In this document: piece by piece, positions 51,848 through 64,000 of the stretch
How positions within the stretch are numbered: position 1 is the stretch's first letter
How the letters are laid out: each line of letters opens with the position of its first letter
NCBI RefSeq assembly: GCF_008831285.2
Contig: NC_045138.2
Location: 4,216,001-4,280,000 of the forward strand
From: Nymphaea colorata
Lineage: Eukaryota
Length of the DNA: 64,000 nucleotides
Reading direction: 5' to 3'
Made by a program: the position numbers and the translations under genes
Notes under the pieces: generated by a model
What the model saw: only the letters and a program-made list of their open reading frames with translations
Databases searched by the model: none
What the model was told of the DNA's origin: nothing

Positions 51848-53480
51848 ACGTCCTTGGATGTGGTTTTATTTTTCATAATTAATATAGTTCATGCGTACAC
51901 AGGTGCAGAATCCATGAAAATATATAAATGCAAAAATCATGAAATTTTGATTTTTTTTGAGTTTCCTACTTCCCGTGCCAGCCAGCCGGCCCCTAACGTG
52001 AGATTCTGCTGCTTGTCTACCGTAACTTAGATTAGTAACCTGGCCCTTAAGACAATGGTGGAGCCACCTTGTGGCTGCTCTGGGCAGTTGCGGACACCAG
52101 TCTACAGAAATTGCTTTAATTATATATATGAACTTTATTAATTTTCACTTTCTTATATATATGACTGCCCTTTAATTAAAGTACCAGTGCCCCCTTAGCC
52201 AAAAATATCTGATCCGTTACTGTCTTAGGCATAGGCCTAAGGCCTATGCCTGTTCAAATTTGTGTATGGAATTGGATGCCCATGGGAGTGAAATTGGTTT
52301 TTTGAGAAATCATAAAAGTTTGATGCTTACATTGGAATTTACAAGCCGAAAAACACAAATAATTAACTCAAACAATTCTCTGCGGATACCTTTCTCTTAT
52401 ATAGAGTGCTCACTGTTCTTTATCAATAAATGTGCAAAGAAGACGCAGTTGGCATCATGTATTTAACAACGACATGTTGGAATCTAATATTTCGCTCTCA
52501 ATGTTGTCAGGTTTGATGGAATGTAATATTCCTTTCAGTGTTAGATTTATCAAAAAATATGAAGCCATATTGTACGTACGCTGTCATGTTTTAAGATCTC
52601 TCTTTCTTTCGGGCAACTTTCGTCATTAGTTTTTGGCAGATTTAACCATATAAATGAATGCAAATGGTTTAAAATATACTTTTAATTAACAGCAAATCAT
52701 CAAAATCTAATTATCGATAGATCAGAATTCATAATAAAATGTTATTCGTTGCTAAATCAAATAAACTAATACATCACTCATGTCTCTACTTTATAGTTGA
52801 ATGTTCTTCATTGAGTATCAAATATCTATAATATATCAGTAAAGAAACAACTCATTAAAATTAAATATTAAAGCATGACAACATCTATCACCAAATTTTA
52901 GGCAAGTCAAGCTAGCTTTTGATAAAATTAGGCTCTTTACTGCAGTGGCAGAGCCAGAAATTTTTGGCTATGGGGCACTATATACTAGTACCTTGGGCTG
53001 GCGTGGGCAGCGCCCATGCCAGCCCCACGCTGGCTCCGCTACTGCTATAAGCAGTTGAGTTTCTTTCTCGTGCGTGTGGAATGCCCATAATTTTAATTTT
53101 ATGGAAAGGAAAACGGAAGCCGAAGCCGGTACATGCAAGAACAAACTTGAAATAAAACAAGCAAAAACATGGAGCTATCTTGGGCCACGCTGGCTCCGCT
53201 ACTGCCTTGCTGGCCCTATGGGTAATCGACAAGATATGTCTACAAAAAATTTCTATTTTCATATTAATATTTCAGGAAAATTTTTATTTATTTACATATT
53301 GGTACTACTTATTTTTTTTTACAACTAGTATCCCTTAACTAAAATTTTCTGGTTACAGCCCCGCTTACTAGGTTCATCCAGAACGGATTGGGCTGAGTGG
53401 GCTGGGCTCAGTTGACTATTGAAGTACAGTTAATTTCGCAGAAAATGTCTAAAATTCTGGAGATCGCCCCCCCCCCCCAC

Positions 53481-53544
<64 letters not shown>

Positions 53545-54082
53545 GGTTTTAACCAAATTTTGATGTTGTTTTGAGGACGAGCAGGTGGGATCTAGGGAAG
53601 GTGAACCTGACTCGCTCTGTTGTTCCCAGTGTGGTGGCTTTTATTGGATTAAGTTGTTTCTTAACTTTTCTTCTGTGGGCCATCTTTTCTCTCTCTCCTG
53701 TGCAAGATCCTTTCCCTACTAAAAGAACAATACTGGAAAGCCCCTGCTTTCTAGAACTCGGACACCGCTGCTTCTTGGCCACTGGGTCCTTAGCATGCCA
53801 GCTTAGTGAGCACTGGGTTCAAGTGCCGTGCGCACCTAAGGTTTCTCGAGCTTGGGCTTGAACTCACAGAGATACTTATAGCCAACAACGTAAAGTAGCT
53901 AAGATCCTATAGCCAATAACGTAAAGTAGCTAAGATCCAGGACAACCAAAAACTTAATAACAAGATGTCACAGGAATCGTATATATTGATGTAGATAAAA
54001 CACCAGGATCCACCTTGGTAGAGAGCCTATCTCCCTACGAACCTTCATTGGGACATCACACTAATTCTGAACCATTTGCAAT

Positions 54083-54408
54083 TAGGGCTGTACAACAAGT
54101 CGAGCCCTCGACTTGAACTCGCTCCAAAAAACTCGACTCAAGCTCAACTTGTTTATAAATGAGTCGGGTTCCAGTTGAAAGTTATATCCAAAATGTTAAA
54201 CAAGTCGGTTAGAATTGTAAGAACTTGACTTGTTTAAACTCGGTATAGCTCGACTACGGAAAACTGGTTCATTATAGTTGAATTAGTTAAATGAGTTAAA
54301 CAAGTCGACTAGTTAAAGAAAAGAACAAGATAAGCTAACATAAACAAGTTAAATGAGTTAAGCAAGCCGAGTTCAAACCAGGCTCGACTCGACTCCTGTG
54401 CAGCCCAG
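54083..54408. mobile_element. hAT-type TCGAG-rich MITE
   Basis: TIRs TAGGGCTGTACA / TGTGCAGCCCAG. Flanks TTTGCAAT / TTTACAAC match at 6/8 positions. Confidence 0.65.
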
Positions 54409-55683
54409 TTTACAACCTTATGTGGGTCAAGTCAACATGCTAAAAGGGTAATTTTGTCATTTTATTCATGAAAAGGGGGTGGCATGCTGTCAACTAGTCC
54501 TACTCCTGCCCAATGGAGCTACACCTACACATACTTTTCCAAAAGGACAGGTATGTCCCTGAATCTGTTTGCATCAGCGCCTATTCTCACAGTAGCCAGG
54601 GACCCACAAAGTCTGCAACTGGAGCAAGCTTGGCCCACCACATGCATCTTCAGATGACCCAAAATCCCAAATCCATAAACTACATTGGTTGGGTATCTCC
54701 AGTCCACATCAGACTTGGATCATCAAGTTAGTCCAGTCCATATCAGAAGTTGGATAAAAATGCAAGCATAACTCTACATAGATATATTCACCGATCTTTA
54801 TGGATCAGACACATATCATAACCTAATACAAAGCGGCCGAATCCTGGAGTTTTAAGCGAGTCAAATCTTCAGTCTTATCAGATTCTAGATCGAGTGAGTG
54901 CAGATAGACACACGAAAATGTGCACTCAGAACGGCTCTGGCCATATGGTAGGAGACACCATGGCTCATTGGTGCACATTTTCCAAAGCTGGTTATATGCT
55001 TATTATCCAGGCAATTAAAATGACAAAAATGCCTTCAAAATATGAAAAGAGAGTCCTTATGAGCTGACAGGTTGCTTGATATTTGGCCCGGACTTGGCCC
55101 AAGTCTGGCCTTAAATTTGGGAATTGGGTCGATTTGACTTGAGTAATCCCGAAATATCCTTTTGGATATTCTTCAATCTCCAGTTTATTCACGGAACATG
55201 TAAAGCAGATGAATAATCATTTGTTTCTGAAAAAGTTCTAGAATTTCTTACGAATCCTATAAGATCAATTCGTTTTTTTTTGTCTCCATGGTTAGAACTT
55301 CATTGATTTCTAATGCTACTGAAAGGTTCACAAAAAATTGTTGAAGAAACAACAAAATGCTTTTTCTTTACAACGTGGTAATAAAAAACCTAACATAATC
55401 ACACTAAACTAAATAACGAACTGAGAGTGGACGCATACATTATTGCTAGCTTACCAAGTCAATATAAATACCTTTTTTTTTTACTGTTCAACAATAGGGT
55501 CCGTCCAAAAGAGGATCATAAAACTTAGGTAATCTCATCAATCACTCTTTCATCATGGGCAGTAAAAGAGGATAAAGGTTAGAATTCATGATAAATTTAC
55601 TATTTATTTTTCCTTCGTCACATCACGTTTATTTCGATTTTTTCTTATCATTGTATCTTGGTACCTGGCAAAAATGGAAACTA

Positions 55684-55745
55684 AGGATTCAAACGTACAA
55701 CCAATTAGTTAACAGCCGACTGCTTTACCACTGAGCTATTGAGGA
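55684..55745 (-). pseudogene. trnN-GUU: Decayed plastid tRNA-Asn(GUU) pseudogene
   Basis: The minus strand reads TCCTCAATAGCTCAGTGGTAAAGCAGTCGGCTGTTAACTAATTGGTTGTACGTTTGAATCCT, with anticodon GTT. It matches plastid trnN as recalled, with about 8 substitutions and no 3' acceptor strand. Confidence 0.85.
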
Positions 55746-56012
55746 ACAACAGGAGATTAAATCTCTTAGAGTTTAACTCCCGTTCTCAACCCATGACCAA
55801 TATGAGCCCCAAGCTTCCTTTGTAACTCCAGAAACTTTTTGGTAGTGGCTTGGTTCCATGCCTCATTTCATAGAGAACCTCAATGTGGCTCTATTTCATT
55901 AAATTCCATCCGTATCCCAATTTCATTGAGTTCCCTTTCTTTGATTTGAATGTCATTCAATCAAGAAGATGATATAATTGACATAGCAGATGTCATTTCT
56001 AGTCTATCTGTT
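55684..56012. other. NUPT from the plastid inverted repeat (trnN + trnN-trnR spacer)
   Basis: After the tRNA come ACAACAGGAGATT..CCCGTTCTCAACCCATGACCAATATGAGC..AAGCTTCCTT.GTAACTCC..GTAGTGGCT..CATGCCTCATTTCA..GAACCTCAA.GTGGCTCTATTTCATT..TTGACATA..AGATGTC.TTTCTAGTCTATC, recognisable as the plastid IR spacer. Confidence 0.8.
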
Positions 56013-56939
56013 TTTATTTTTTATATTGTATAATATACTATTATAATTAAGTATACTTGCATGTTATATTATATTTTTTTATATATTATGTTACATTTTT
56101 CATACATATTTTATTACAATCAGGCCCAGCCCTATCCTTAAGCATAAAATGAAAGTAACAAGTCATTTTTCCATTTCCTCAGCTGGGGAAAAAAATGGTT
56201 TGTGTGGAGGCCCTCACAACTGTTTGCCATGAGTTGAACACAAACCACAGACTAAGCATGCTATTTTCAGGTGCGTATCTTTTTTCTTTCAATGTATTCT
56301 AAGTAAATTTCTATTAGGCAAAGAAAAGAAGGGGAAGATGTTTAGGTGTGTGCACGGTACACAGCTTTCTGACATGTGGACTCTTCGCAGGTGGCCATAG
56401 GTCACTTTTAAGGGACAGACATGCCTGCGCACCTTTCTGTTAATGTGTACATGATTATGCATATAACTACCTTAGATAAAAAGGAGAATCTGGAGTTCTA
56501 TGTCATTTCTAAACAAAGGGTTCCGCTAAGACTGGATTATGTCCAACTTAAATACATGGCCAAGTGGATAAGCGAGCCAATTTCTCAAAGGGCACTTGAT
56601 CCCACTCTCACAACTTGGCCCATTTGCTGCATTATGAGGCAGACACAAGATTGTCTTGTCAAGGATTAGCCAACACAAGCTGTCCACTTGTCTAAAATTT
56701 GGAAATCCTGTTGATGAGTTAGATCCACTATTCACCTTGTAAAAGTATATCACATAGGTTGTGTTTGACAGTCTTGAATCTAGACTGATCTAAAATCTTT
56801 TTTATACGAGACCTTTAAAAGTAAACAAATATTAGATTTTTCCATTATGTAAAATGATAATTTGAGAACTTTAAATAAGTGGCCAGCAACGGTGGGTCTG
56901 ACCTCAAATCGTTGGATTCGACATTCTCGAGGATCTCAA

Positions 56940-56978
<39 letters not shown>

Positions 56979-57110
56979 ATAAGCATCTCTCACTACAGAG
57001 TCACTACACAAATCCCAAAGTAAACAAAGCACAAAGGAAGGCAGGACACTTGTGTCAAGGGCATGAATGTCATTACATAGAGAAAAGAGGGGCAGTAATG
57101 AGATGAAGGC

Positions 57111-57121
57111 CCCTATATAAG
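57111..57121 (+). promoter_or_regulatory. TATA box of GA20ox
   Basis: CCCTATATAAG lies ~50 bp upstream of the ATG at 57165. Confidence 0.55.
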
Positions 57122-57164
57122 CCCCCCTGTATATCTTTCACTCCCACCCCAAGGAACACAAACA

Positions 57165-59271
57165 ATGGCTCCAATTTCTCATGCAAAGCTGCCAGAAGCC
57201 TTCGTATGGCCAGAAAGAGATCGGCCGGCCTTCGCAGCGGGGCAGCCGCTCAACGAGCCGGTGATCGACCTCGCCGGGTTCCTCGCCGGTGATGAGGCCT
57301 CGACTCAGCTTGCTGCCGAGCTCGTCAGCTCGGCCTGCCGGAAACACGGTTTCTTCCAGGTGATAAACCATGGAGTGGACACAGAGCTCACATCTGCGGC
57401 ACTTCATCACATGGATGAGTTTTTCAGGCAGCCGCAGCATGAGAAAAAGAGGGTGAGGGGCTTCTCCGATGGTCATTCCCACCGTTTCGCTTCCAAATTG
57501 CCTTGGAAGGAGACGCTCTCCTTCCCCTTCCAGGCCTCTGATCCAACGCTTGTGCTGGACCATTTCCAAGCCACCATGGGCCATCATTCTTTCTCATCAG
57601 GGTAAGCACATATATATATATAGATATATATTATACATACATGCACTAGTAAAACCATATATATATATCTATATATATATATCTATATATATCTATCTAT
57701 CTATATATATATATATATATATATGGTCAATACACTAAAAAAGGAACTCAGCAGTTGGGCATGTGCTACTTTTTCTGTTTTTTGTCTGATATGTAAGAGT
57801 GGGGGAGATGTAACAGAGGAAGAGTTTATTGTGTGCAGTGGATGATGATCTGGTGACTGATTATCTTTCTTGGTAGTGCTATTTCTGGATATATTGGTTC
57901 CAGATATATACAAATAGGTGCACAAAGATACCAATTGTAGCATGTTGGTTTAGAATTTCTGTTCATTTCGAGAAGTCTGCTGCGTTTGGTGCAGGTTGGC
58001 ATTCAAGGAGTACTGTGAAGCGATGACAGAGCTTTCATTGAACGTATCAGAACTGCTGGCCATCAGTTTAGGGCTGGAGAGGATGAGTTTCAGAAGGTTC
58101 TTCGAAGACAGTTCGTCAATAATGAGATGCAATTACTACCCTGCCTGTGAGAAGCCGGAGCTCACTCTGGGGACAGGGCCCCATTGTGATCCAACCTCTC
58201 TCACCATTCTTCACCAGGACCATGTTGGAGGGCTCGAGGTCTTTGCTGATGGAAAATGGCATCTGGTCTCCCCTAAGCCTGCTGCTTTGGTCATCAACAT
58301 TGGTGATACTTTCATGGTACATTGCTTACCTTATTTTTTTTTCCCTTTTTCTGTCATTAGGATAGTTCTTTGAATATTCTGTCACAAGAAAAAGAATAAG
58401 AAGAAATAAACTCCTCCTGCCAAAAGATGGGAACAAATTAGACTTCGATAAGACTAGATATAAAATATATGTGTCGACATAGACAGGTGTCAAACTGATT
58501 CACCTCCAAGAATATACTGCGGTACCAAACATGGTAGCAATACACATAGTTTCTTTGACTATAGAATTGCATGCTTGTAGTTCCTTTAAACAAAAGAACA
58601 AATAAAAATGTGTTGCTGTTTTGGACTGTATAAGCTGGTTGGCTCTTGTCATAGACACCAACTGTCCGTCTGTCTACTGAATTTAGTTGTTATATGCCAT
58701 GATTGGGAGAAAAACCAGAAAAAAATTTATAAACTAATACTACATGATGAAAATACCTATCACATTTTTTCCTTTATTTTTCTCTCAACAATTCATCACT
58801 ATAAATTAGATGATCTTTATAAGTGACCTAGTAGCTGAAGTCATCAATATTCTTTTGTACTAGATGCCAACGTGGGTGGCTCCCTGCATATGTATAAGAC
58901 AAGAAAAACATGCAAGGTTTGATGCAAGATTGAATACTAAGATAAAGATGGTACTTAAAATTAATTACTTTTGACAGGCATTGACGAATGGGAAGTACAA
59001 AAGCTGCCTGCACCGGGCGGTGGTGAAGAAGGAGAGCGAGAGGAGGTCGTTGGCTTTCTTCCTCTGTCCCAACAAGGAGAAGACGGTGGGGCCGCCGGAG
59101 GAGCTGCTGCGCCGGGACGGCTGGAGGAGGGCGTATCCGGACTTTACCTGGGCAGCCCTCTTCGACTTCACTCAGAAGCATTATAGAGCGGACACGAACA
59201 CCCTTGACGCTTTCAGCTCTTGGATGTGCCCTGAATTAAGTCCTTTCACTAAACAATATACTTCGAGTTAA
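57165..59271 (+). CDS. GA20ox: Gibberellin 20-oxidase (2-oxoglutarate/Fe dioxygenase), ~350 aa
   Basis: Three exons 57165-57601, 57995-58316 and 58978-59271 total 1053 nt in frame. Motifs: HGFFQVINHG, the GA20ox-diagnostic LPWKET, NYYPACEKP, HCD...H iron ligands (GPHCDPTSLT; CLHRAVV), the RRS 2-OG binding site and TQKHYRAD. Confidence 0.93.
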
Positions 59272-59349
59272 CTATTTTCTACCTTATTTCACCTCAATAT
59301 GCTGTTGTATGTGTATGTTGAAGTGAGAAATTTTCTCTTCAATTATATA

Positions 59350-59387
<38 letters not shown>

Positions 59388-59880
59388 GTGGATGACACTA
59401 CTCGGGTGAAAAAAAAGTACCCTGAAGGCCTCCAAATTCTTTAAATCCAGAGTTCACGGTTGCGTTGGCATCAATAATAACAACAATATACCTTACTTAG
59501 GTAAAATTTTCTACCACTTGAGATGTAGAAGGATAGTGCGTACATGAATCAAATTAGATACATACAATTTCACATGTCCCTAGACCGACCAGCTAATTGT
59601 GCCCCTTTCTTAGTAGCCGGAGCCCATTCTCTTGCAACAAACCCCTTTCAATTGCTTTCTCTCATGTACCCGAAGGGGTTGTTTAAGGGGTCAATTCTTT
59701 GTATTGCAAAAGAAGAAACCACGAACTTGCAAGTTGAAGCGTGACACATTTGAAGACAATAATTGCATACGTTGGTTGATTGTGATAAGAGCAAAAGCTG
59801 CTTAAGTAAATGGTGTCCATGGACATATATGCGTATATGGTCTAGATGATTGGATTTGAGGGAGGATATATAATTGACCT

Positions 59881-60040
59881 TAGACCAGGTTTCTTAATAT
59901 ATATAAAATCTGCCTTTTAAATTCCGAAAACTGTAGAGTTTGCAACTTTTGGCTTTGACTGTAGACCATGTTTCTTAATATATATAAAATCTGCCTTTCA
60001 AATTCTGAAAACTGTAGAGTTCGCAACTTTTGGCTTTTGA
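59881..60040. repeat. 81-bp tandem duplication
   Basis: TAGACCA.GTTTCTTAATATATATAAAATCTGCCTTT.AAATTC.GAAAACTGTAGAGTT.GCAACTTTTGGCTTT occurs at 59881 and 59962. Confidence 0.9.
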
Positions 60041-62271
60041 ACTTTCGTCGTGTATGCATATGATTAAAAGCGTAAAGTTGATATGCAAAGGACCATTGCA
60101 TTCCTGTACAGTCTTTTACATATATATATATGCAAGCTTTTACTATGTCCCAACTATATGAGGCACCGTTGTATGCCCTCCTGGGCACTGTGGATGGACC
60201 CCGTATTGCAGGACGCACAAGGACCGGGGCAGAGCTACAAGTTTTTTATTTTTTTTCAGTGGGGAGACTATATTTTAAAAAATCTGACTGATTCCCCTGC
60301 CCACGGCGGGCTCTACTCCTGCCAACAGCAGTGGCCCTGGTGCATGCTATGCAACTACATCATTTTCAGTACACTAAAGCTTATCTAAATGTCATTGTTG
60401 TCATGACCCCACAGAAAGACAAACATTGTCTCTTACCTTAAGGTTTTTATTTTTATTCATATATATATATAGATACTTTTTTGGGTAGGGTGAGTGGTTC
60501 GTTTCTACCACTCAAAAGAAAGGCAACTGTCTCCCTCTTATGCTTATCACCCCAAGGTTCATAGAGCTGACATCGGGACCTGTTATGGTCTAGAGGATGA
60601 GAACAATGGGTCGTTATAGCGTTCACTAATTTTGAATCTCATACCCCTTTGAAGTAGACTGCCTTGTTGACCAGTGTGCTACAACCCCTCGGGGTTATAG
60701 GGTCTCATTTAATAGAAAAAGATGACATTGAAATGTGAACGAGCCAAATTTGGATATTGTATAGGTTGGATTTGGTATACTTTGAAAAACCAAACCCCGG
60801 CCTTAAATAGCGGAGTACAGTTATATGTTATGGTTCCTAGTAAAAAGCAAGTATTATAACTATCTTTACTAAAAGAGGAATTTTAAAAAATTTTCTCCCA
60901 AAAAAAAATTACCAAAAATACCCATATGGTAAAGCGTAGGAACATGCTTCCCATGTTAAGGACATGGCATGGGAAGTGCCTTCCTTTAAACAACCTCATC
61001 CCCATGCAATGACGTAAAGTACCACTCCAGCAAAAATAGCACATAATTTTGAACAGTTTGGAAATTAGAGATGTTCGGTATAGGGATGGGAAATTAAAGT
61101 GTCTTTTTAATTTGGTGATTGTGTGTGGTCAATGAGAAGTAAAAACAGATGGAGACAAGACAATAAGTTGCAAAAATAATTTTGTTTTCTTCTTTACTTA
61201 TTATTATTGTTATTTAAACTTATGTAAGCATATTAACAGACAATAGCATGTGGAGTGTTGCAAATCATCCAAGCATTTTAGACATGCTACCATTTGCATG
61301 TGCTCAACTTGTAATCACTAATGTATCATGAGTATAAAGATGTTAAGGGATCAGATTGGAATCAATTATACACTTAACCATATACATTTTCAGATATTCA
61401 TATATTAGAATTCGAATTCTGATTCAAATACGAACAAAGAAAACTCATATCTAAATCAGAAATCCGATCTCACAATCTGAATCCGATCCGAATCCAAATC
61501 CAACTTTTACGTTCACATCCAAGTTCGAATCCAAATTTTGAACCGAATCTGACCGATTCTCAAAACATAAAAACATTGGATATATGATATTTATTCAAAA
61601 CTAAATCTAATCCGATCCCATTTGTTAATCGGATAACCTATTTTTTTCCATATCCAATTTTATCGAAACTGTTCGGTCCGATATCCGATATAAATAGATA
61701 TATTGACACACTTGGAGCTGAATTTTTTCTGATTTCCTGCCGCGCCATTCTTCCCAGGTTAGAAAAGAGGTGTCCTCGACTATTCAAATCTCTTAGCTAA
61801 ATAGGCGTGCTTGTAAGAGGATGTAATTGGACTGTGGTCATCCAATTGAAATCTGGATTTGGATCTATGCTTAAATACTGGTTTAGATATGAGTTTAGGT
61901 TTGGAAATGGGGTTGATTTGGGTTTGAACATGGTTCAAAACTGGGATTGAAGATCTCATTTGGGTTTTGGATATTTTTGAAATGGATTTCGATTTGAGTT
62001 TGATTAAAAATTATAGGTTTGGATCAGGTCTAGGGAATGGATCTCAAGTAGGTTGAAGGTATGGAAGCAGGTTCTATCCGGGAACCACTCGGTTGCTTAT
62101 CATACGTGCATCACTGGGTGAGTCCTCCATCTTTTCCTCAATCAATGGTGTGGGGCCTCTAGTGTGGTTCTTCCAAATGGCAGCAAGTATTATTGCCGCC
62201 ACATGGTCAGGCTAATGGCCACATTGGTTTCTGCTTTGGCCAACATTGGTTTTGCTTTTGATGGCTGCCAG

Positions 62272-62447
62272 CAGAGGTGGAGTCAGAAATTTTTCATGAA
62301 AAGGGCTGAATTATAGTTTCACAATTTTAACAGGAGTTGAAATATAAATTTTCAAAGTTTTTATATAAAATAAATGATTTTTTTAAAAAATTTAGACATA
62401 AGTTTTTAATTTTTTTTGGGCCCCTGCCGCCCACTGGCTCCACCTGG
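62272..62447. mobile_element. hAT-type MITE, same family as 16091-16275
   Basis: CAGAGGTGGAG...CTGGCTCCACCTG. Shares the AAATTTTTCAT..GGGC...ATAGTTTCA.AATTTTAACAGG core with the 16091 copy. Confidence 0.6.
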
Positions 62448-62454
62448 CCTGCCG

Positions 62455-63129
62455 GTGAATATTGAAATCCGGGGCTTCACCTCTCTGATAGAGTCTTCGC
62501 CAACCATGGGGTGCTTCTTTGCTCTCATTTGAAATATGGTTATCTCCTCCGATACAGATCTTTTTGTTAGATTACTGTTGATTTTTAGCAACCACGCTTT
62601 GATGGAATCCATACTTTCTTGCATCCGATGATATCTTCAGTCACACATTCATGCATATCAAAACGGAGATCTGATACCAATTTGATGCAAAAATTTTGAG
62701 TTTTCCTTCTCCAAAATCTAAATTAAACTGAAAAATTTGAAAGAACTGTGATAATAAAACAAATGAAAGAGAAAGGAAATACCACAAAAAAGGTTTTATT
62801 AAACTGAGGACTGAATATAAATATTAAGAAGAAGGGCTACTGCGACTATAAAGCCCCTTTATATAGGCGAAAAAGAGAATTCAAGAATCTGGATCAAAAT
62901 AAAATCAAACAACAAACATAAACCAAATTGATAACTGTATCTCTTCTGCTTCCGCTCTTGCGTCAGACCTACACCAACTCTAAAGTTCTAAACATGTCCA
63001 AGTGAATATTATTTTGTAAAATTTAGAAAGAGCATTAGTTTCTCATAATTGAGCGCAAGTTTCATTACAGGAGGAAAACCTTAGTGGCCTGTCTAAAGGA
63101 AGCTTCTATTCAGAAACCTGGTTTTGACA
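62455..63129 (-). mobile_element. Truncated LTR retrotransposon: one LTR (63129-62683), PBS and a short internal stub
   Basis: The minus strand reads TGTCAAAACC...CCTATATAAAAGGGG (TATA)...AATAAAA...TGCATCA-AAT-TGGTATCAGA (tRNA-Met PBS at 62679-62670). No second LTR or pol domains are visible. Confidence 0.65.
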
Positions 63130-64000
63130 TCCAAACTAGTTGCCACAGTATTCTGTGTGTTTGTGTATGATGAATGTTGAAGCCTGATAAATAAAAGAAG
63201 TTGGGCTCCACTGGGCCGCAGCCCATGACCACAGCTGGGCCTGACTGCCTGAAACCTGAATCCAAGGCTGGCCCGGGCCCTTAGAATATATCTTAATATG
63301 ATTTAATATATATATATAATCAATTATAATATATATATAAAATAATGTTGAAAAATAAACTATCGGGCCTAGTTGGGCTGGCCCAGTGCCCAAAACACTC
63401 GTATGCCCTCAGAATGTGGCTTTCTTTGAAACCCATGGGTGTCATCAGTTTCCCATGTAAGCCAAAACACTCTCAGGCCCTCAGAATGTGGCTTCCTAAC
63501 CTCATATGCTCCCGGGTCAGAAACAGATGAAGTCTTTCAACATGTTCTCGATTTTCGGTACAATATGCAACCAAAAAAAAAAATTTCAAAATAATAATAA
63601 TCACCACCCGGGTAAGAGCCGAAGCCCCTTCCTCTCCAGATCCTGGAACCAGGCTATGGCTGCGCTTGGATTGGATAATATGCTTGACTCTTTGGTATAC
63701 CTCAGGGTTGCTCTCAAAAAATAGTTGATGTACCTCAACTCGCACATTGAATTGCTCTACCTTCCTTCATTGGGTTTCTCACGATTAGTGGTATAAGTGC
63801 TTAGTTTAGTTTCGTATTGAATATTGTAAGAAATTATTAAGGACTTAATAAGGGGTTATTTAAGTAATTGGTTGTCATGGTTCATAGTTACTTTTTTTTA
63901 TTTTCGGGCTGAAACCAAAACTGTTGAGAGCAGGTTGCTAGATTGTTAATGGTATCAACACACACATGCGTATGCCTTAAAGGCGTGAATTATAATGCAT

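Noticed and set aside
55684..55745. Functional tRNA-Asn
   Set aside because: The 3' acceptor strand is missing, and the T-loop and stems are mutated.
58875..58890. miR160-like GGCTCCCTGCAT
   Set aside because: Only a 12-nt partial match with no star arm.

Overview
Eukaryotic (flowering-plant) nuclear DNA: AT-rich, with GT-AG introns, (TA)n/(GA)n microsatellites and many MITEs. Four spliced protein genes can be built exon by exon: STAY-GREEN-LIKE (minus, running off the left edge), a PMT26/PMT24-like Golgi SAM-dependent methyltransferase (minus, 8642-19753), a full MET1-type CG maintenance DNA methyltransferase (plus, 35398-46534) and a gibberellin 20-oxidase (plus, 57165-59271). A very young full-length Ty1/Copia element (9564-15010) sits antisense in the last PMT intron; its LTRs differ only in a CT tract, the TSD is GTACT, and gag is frameshifted. 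There are two plastid-derived inserts: a 23S rRNA piece in the last MET1 intron and a decayed trnN-GUU plus IR spacer. Two truncated LTR+PBS relics, several hAT-type MITEs with 8-bp TSDs and local tandem duplications complete the picture. I see no wholly new gene system. The most unusual structure is a 31-bp fold-back palindrome, a plastid rRNA fragment and a split (TA)n tract joined end to end in MET1, which reads like a DNA-repair scar. All comparisons to reference sequences are from recall, not from a database search.
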